DNA of 64,000 nt, taken from assembly GCA_036172245.1 (NCBI GenBank), contig JAYWIR010000113.1, positions 62,001 through 126,000 of the forward strand, in the 5' to 3' direction. A program made the translations under genes and the position numbers. The notes under the pieces are model-generated. The model made no database searches and had not been told where the DNA came from. It saw only the letters and a list, made by a program, of their open reading frames with translations. Origin of the DNA: Raillietiella orientalis (lineage: Eukaryota). Below are positions 58,563 to 64,000 of the stretch, piece after piece; positions within the stretch are counted from its first letter, which is position 1; the number at the start of each line of letters is the position of its first letter.

Positions 58563-60885
58563 AATCGAGTGCGGACGTGTTCTTCTTTGCTCTCGTCTCC
58601 AGGCTTTCGTTTGCTTCGTCCTGTTGTCGTGCATTTTGACGAAGATGTCGACCCAACCCGAAGCTACTGAAGTTGGAGAAGCAGCACCCGGATCTGCAAT
58701 CGCGGAACCGACAACCGCCTTCTCTTTGTCTGCCTTGCCATTGGCGAGAAGTTTTGCTGAAGTTGCTGCCGCAGCAGCCGTCAAAGGGGAACCACCCGAC
58801 GATTCGGAATTGCGGGCATACGTAGCATATGGCTATAGACCCGCTCTCCGATGCAAGGTGAATGGGTTTCTTTCTTCGCTTGACGGCAATCAGTTCAACG
58901 ATGAGCTGACCCGTGTTGGCGTGCGGGAGGAGACCTTCTCGCCATAATGCCCGTAAAAGAAATGGGCTATTTCAAGGTGCGCTGCACAGACGCTGCACAT
59001 GTGTAGCGCTTGCTGCGCACCCCTTTGTCGATCCGTGGACAGAAGGTCTTCCCGGCTGCCAGGGATGACTCGTTCGTGGCGGAGATTTTCGACATCGAGT
59101 CGGAAATCTCCGACACTGATATTAGGAACGCGTTGGCGAAATTCGCCACGATCCATGCGCCGTGATGGGTGCGTAGCAAAATCAAGGACTTCCCGTCTAT
59201 ACAGAGCGGAGTTGCTGGAGTCCGGCTTACAACGCCAGACCTCCGTTGCTGCCCACCAAACTACAGGTGAAAGACACGGTCGTTCACCTGTGGTTCGTGG
59301 GCAATGTTCGAACGTGCAAGCAATGCGGGAAGAAGAGACATTCTTTGCATAAATGCCCCATTGGGAAATGTCGCTATTGCAAGCTTTCCGGGCACCAATT
59401 AGGAAATTGTCCGGATCTTTTTCAAAAAAAGGCAGCCGCTGAGCTTCGACGAACCAAACGTAAAGCGGAAAAAAAGAAAATATTTGCGAAAAAGCCGAAG
59501 AAATTAAGGCAGAAATCTCGAAATAACGCAAGGCGGAATGCCTCCCCAAAGCAGCGGAAGTACTCGCACTCTAGGCCTCGCGGGCCTTATCTCGCGGCGG
59601 GGGAGCCGCAAAAGAAAGGGCACGGGGAATCCGGGGCAATGGAAGGTCCTCCTAAACGCAATAGCAGATCCGCCGAAGCACGCACGGCTCTATCGGAGTT
59701 CGAGCAACCGGCGGGGACGCCAATGGACAACAGCAGTAAGGACACTGCCAGTACTGCAAGTTCCATTCCTTCAACACCTTCAGTGGCTGAGAAGCCCAAA
59801 GCAGGTAAGAAGGGTTGTGCCATGCCGACTTCGATAGTCGGCAAATTAAAATCCGCGCCGCGGGCAAACGATGCGAAAGCGGAGAAAGATCCGACAATAG
59901 GAGAGTAAGCTCTCGACTGAAGCGGAAGCGATGCCGACGATGGGGTTAAGAGCCCTACCAAAGGCAGCGCCGATGACGAGCGTGTCGAAGTCATCGGAAG
60001 TGCTCGCGTCCAAAGACGCAAACGCCTCCAATGATGGCAATAGAGAATGGACGGTGGTAGAAGAAAGCGGAAAAATAAACAAAGCTCAAGGAACGCACTA
60101 CAACCTTTATCGACGGCGCCACGTGAAGCGAATAACCGTCATGAAGTCAAAAAGACTTCTGCAAAGGTTCCATGAGGAACTGCCCGTAACCACGCGGACA
60201 TTGCGCTCGCCGGGAAAGCAGCCGTCAAAAAGAGCGACGCTATGGTGACGGACTCCTGTCAGTTTAGCAGAACCTGCCACTTCTCCGCGGTTGGCCAAAT
60301 GCCGATCGACAATGTGCAAGTCGGACTCCGAAGCGGGGGCCGACCTGAACGCAGAGACCAGGATAACTCGTTCGAAAGCGTGTGCGTAACCGTCGAAACT
60401 AAGGAGCCAGACAACGCACGCCGCGGAGCAAAGACAACTTTCCACCAAACCCGGCGGAGTTAAACCTAGCGTGGAGCGTGATACATGCAGCAGGAGGGAG
60501 GAGGGTGGCGACCGTCTACTCCAGCCGGTCGTGCTGCTCGCCGTCCGCTCGCCGAATTAAGAGAGCAAAAAGCCGCCGCCTTCCCAGCAGTAACGCGGGG
60601 AATCGCGTCTTCTCCTCATCTGTCCGTCGCGTGTTAAAACGTGAACGGACTCCAGAACGAAGAAAAGAGGCGATTAGCAGCGAAAGCCCCGCGGTCCTTC
60701 GACCTCGTGCACCTGCAGGATCTTCACGTAATCTCCGACGAGCAGGCTGCCATAATCGAGGGACGCGCAGGCGGAACGCTACATTGGCGGTGGGGCGACG
60801 CACACAAGAACGGCGTCGCGTTCCTCGTAAGAGGAAAAATGGCGAAAGCGGTGCGTGAGTTCGTTTCCACGAAGACATACGGATA
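58563..60885 (+). mobile_element. LINE R, 5' part (5' UTR, degenerate ORF1, start of EN), B-like lineage
   Basis: GGACGTG at 58573, CKQCGKKRHSLHKC/CRYCKLSGHQLGNC, TAACG at 60591, LQDLH...GVAFLVRG. Confidence 0.9.
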
Positions 60886-60889
60886 CGCC

Positions 60890-61004
60890 AACTTGTCTTC
60901 CTTTCGGTAAGCCAGAGTGATGCTCCTTTCGAAAAGGAGAGATCTCTGGAAAGTGAACATCTGGCGTCCGATCACGATCGTGAATACGGACGCCAAGTTG
61001 ATAG
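60890..61004 (+). mobile_element. Short RT fragment (WRPITIVNTDAKLI) fused to the EN of R
   Basis: First 30 aa of ORF 60917-61177. Confidence 0.75.
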
Positions 61005-62775
61005 TTGCCACACGGTCAAGCAGGGGCGTTTATCATGAATTCTCTATAATTCGTGTTACGAGACCTTACAACGGCCCAACCAACAGGACCTGCCAAGTTG
61101 ACAGTACGCACACCGGCGCGACACTCCTCGGCAGCAGAGGGGGATGGGAGGAAAAACCAAAAAAAAATAAAACATAAAAAACAAAAGATGCTGGAGGGCC
61201 GGGAAAGGATCACGGTCCACTGGAAAAGGGGTCCATCCTTTTGAGAATTTTCGCGAGGTCCGTCCGTATAATTCCAAGGTGGGACCATCTGGTCGCAATC
61301 CGCAGGTAGCGGACTGCAAGTACGACGGCATCCCTGTCTTGGCTCGGTCTCCTCACGTCGCTCCAGCACGTCACTATCCCGGTGAAACAGCAAAGTGCAG
61401 CCAGTGCAGCAGCTGGTCGCAGGGCATCCTGCACGAACAGAAGCCGAAAAACGCCTCTGGATTGGCTGCCCTCCTGGATCCAAAGGGAGGCACGAAGACG
61501 CTCGCACAGGGGTCGGAGGGCAGCACAATCAGCAAGGAGGTGGGAGAGCGTTTCCCGCTCCCCACACCTTATGCAGTCCGGACTTACTGGACCCCTGGTT
61601 TAGTGGTGCTGGCGTGCGTTCCACGGTAGACCCCAATGCGACAACAGGAGCGTCGACTCCTGCCACTTCAGAGGGAGGATCGACGAACCAACGAATACCG
61701 GGGACCACTTCAGTCCATCCATCGGTGTGCCGAGCAGGTCGCCCCATCTCAAGAGTCCTCTCGACTGGACGCTTGGGGTACTAACGTTTGCCAGTTTGTC
61801 CATGGACCAGACGCTCATCAACCTTTCTCTGCCTGCAATACGGCAAAATATTTGCCACCTAGGATTGAGGTTGCTGGAGAGCGCCCTCCTAAGGAAGAAC
61901 AACGCCGTAGCTAGAAGTGTTGTCTCTGCATACGTACTTCTTACGGGAAACTAGATGATATTTCGCAGATTGCAGCAAGAGTAGGCTCCGTGTTGCAGGC
62001 ATTTCCACTTATCTTGATTGCTGCCATTAATCTTTGGTCACGTGCAAGTGGTCTCCTAAAGCCATGCGGAAAAGTTGGCGGGGCTGCATACCATTTCGCT
62101 GTTTTCCTTATCCAGAGTTGCCACCCATCCCAAGAGAAGTCCGCATCTCTTGAGCTTCGAGCTAGAGCACAGAAGATCACAAGCGAGACCTTCCGTTCCA
62201 GATACACAGCTGCAAAGAAGTCGGGACAAACGCAACATTGGGTGCCCCATAACATTGCTGCGATGGCCAGGGTGTGCCATCGTAGCTGAATCTCTCCTCG
62301 CTCCAACGTCAAGAGACCAATACCGTCATCACAACGTGGAGCACACAAGTCCTTCAAGAAGACACGGGGCCTCCCTCTTACCCTAAGGAACAAGTCTCCG
62401 GAGGTCCTTCGTCAGCTTCCTCAACTTCCGAGGGACGAAGCATACAAAAAGCAGGGTGCGAAGTATGGAAGTCGCGTAAGCGTTCCACACTGCGGCCCGT
62501 TCCGGAAGAAGAAACTTGGCTTACAGGAACGGGCCGATCGACGTTTCCACTTTTCGGATGCAGCCGGACCACACATACGAAGGGGAATTGTCCCCAAACG
62601 GCACACCAAGGTACTTCAAGCACCTCGCCGTGGGAATCCCTAAACGGACCCAGTCCTGCTGCCGAGCCCACGCCACGCCTACTGTCACCATCGACTACTT
62701 CGTACTGTTAACCGGCAGTCCAGTCCCGCGGCTAAGTAGATCGAAAAAATCTCCAAGCGCCTCTGTGGGGTGGAC
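61005..62775 (-). mobile_element. LINE S, 3' part, degenerate, I-like lineage
   Basis: Colinear with 27363-29130. Terminus GATAAACGCCCCTGCTTGACCGTGTGGCAA. Confidence 0.9.
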
Positions 62776-64000
62776 ACGGAAACAGGAGTACCAACCTCAC
62801 GAAGTTGCTGAAGTGTTCCGGAAGGCCTAGCATCTCCAGAACCTTCAGCAGCATCCCATGGTCGATGGAGTCGAAAGCCTTCTCCATGTCAGTGAACACC
62901 AGCGCCAGATTATCGCCGACGTATCGAATGAGTACGAAGGTGGACTGGGCACACTTGACATTGTCCGACATGTGACGTCCAGGGATGCACACGTTTGGAC
63001 CGGAGAGATGAGCCTCGACATGACCTTGCCTAAGCGGTTGGACCAGATCTTCGCCAACAAGTTGGCATCCGAGTTCAATATCGAGATTGACCTCCATTGA
63101 GCGACCTGCGTGAGGTCGCCTCCTTTTGAAAACAATCCCATCCGACTCTCGTAGAAGGACTGTGGAAGTCTTCCTTCTTCGAGGATGCAGAGGGTCAACT
63201 GGTGGAAAAAACGCAGGTAGGCATGCAGGTACCGCTGATAGTGAGTGATGGGTACGCTGTCAGGGCCCGCTGTCACGTCCTTCCGTAGTTGACCAAACGC
63301 AGTCTTCACTTCGTCTTCGGAGAATTCCTCCTCCAGTCTGTTCCGCTGGAGATCGTCGGTCCTCTTCTCGAGGTAGCTCAGAAAGGCCTGTTGACTAGAG
63401 CGACAGAGATGTTGTCGCCTGAAGTGTTTCGTGTAATGCCTGTGAAAGGCATCCACGATGTCCTCAGACGACTGTCGCTTTTTACCGTCGTACTGGATGC
63501 AGAAGATATCTGTTGCCACATTTCTCTTCTCCAGCATTCCGACTTCCACTTTTATGTTGTTGAAGACGTACCGACTCTGGTACTGATCGAAGTACTTTGA
63601 GAGTAAGCGATCTTGGATGTTCAGCTCCCGGTACGCCTCCTGCCTCAAGCGCCTATTCCCGAACTGCATGTTTGCAAACAGGTGTATCCTGTGTTTCAGG
63701 CTGTCCCAGTCGGCGACTCTTCGGATTGTTGTTGCCTTCAGAATCGTCTCCAGGACAGCCTGATTTCCGGGATGGGTTTCGAACCAGGCGAACATGCTGA
63801 TGAGCGCCGCCCTGGTGCCTTGCCTCCGCCGAGGATTCTCCGTTCTTAGGGAAAACCGCACCAGGGGGTGATCGAACACCGTGGTCATAATGTCTCGAAA
63901 ACCCAGGATGCGATTCCAAAGTTCGGTGCTGTGCAGGACGTTATCGATCGGCTCGTGACTTGCAGTTCGTCACACCAGTCCGAACTCTTCGGATAACAGG
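62776..64000 (-). mobile_element. LINE T, divergent L1/Tx1-like ORF2 fragment (EN end, linker, N-terminal half of RT); continues off the right edge
   Basis: IDNV...FDHP, TAGPDS, WRSISILNSDANL, DMEKAFDSIDH; one frameshift near 63000. Confidence 0.88.

Noticed and set aside
1..64000. Prokaryotic RT system (retron, group II intron, DGR, CRISPR-RT) or CRISPR array
   Set aside because: The RTs are fused to an APE endonuclease and preceded by a zinc-knuckle ORF1, with AATAAA ends, TSDs and nearby spliceosomal introns. I saw no repeat-spacer array or operon structure.

Overview
This is eukaryotic genomic DNA, not a prokaryotic accessory region. Bases 1-52661 and about 56400-64000 form an almost gap-free nest of roughly 20 non-LTR retrotransposon (LINE) copies and fragments of the L1/Tx1 type, which I label A1-T and group by eye into 5 lineages. 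ORF1 has an RRM-like region, two CX2CX4HX4C knuckles and a long disordered tail. ORF2 has an APE-type endonuclease (EN), a reverse transcriptase (RT) and a C-terminal CX2C..H..C finger. No copy wholly inside the window is intact; A2 (20400-25979) comes closest. Between the two nests lies a minus-strand host gene that can be spliced into one ~415-aa frame through six short GT-AG introns. The most interesting signals are at the element junctions. (i) One lineage repeatedly inserts directly 5' of a CGCCGAA(GCC)-like site that is present inside the LINEs themselves. (ii) All 3' ends stop 24-25 nt after AATAAA, behind a CCCGG-N5-CCGGG hairpin, with no long poly(A) tail. (iii) A covarying CUGCGU-loop hairpin is kept in otherwise divergent 3' UTRs. 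(iv) A GGACGTG motif sits at +11 of full-length 5' ends. (v) ORF1 and ORF2 are coupled by TRATG stop-start overlaps, and some lineages have lost the AUG. (vi) The EN domain appears to lack its usual specificity loop. (vii) A probable target-site-duplication (TSD) swap between A1 and A2 suggests a ~17-kb inversion. Boundaries and alignments were made by eye, and no database searches were run.
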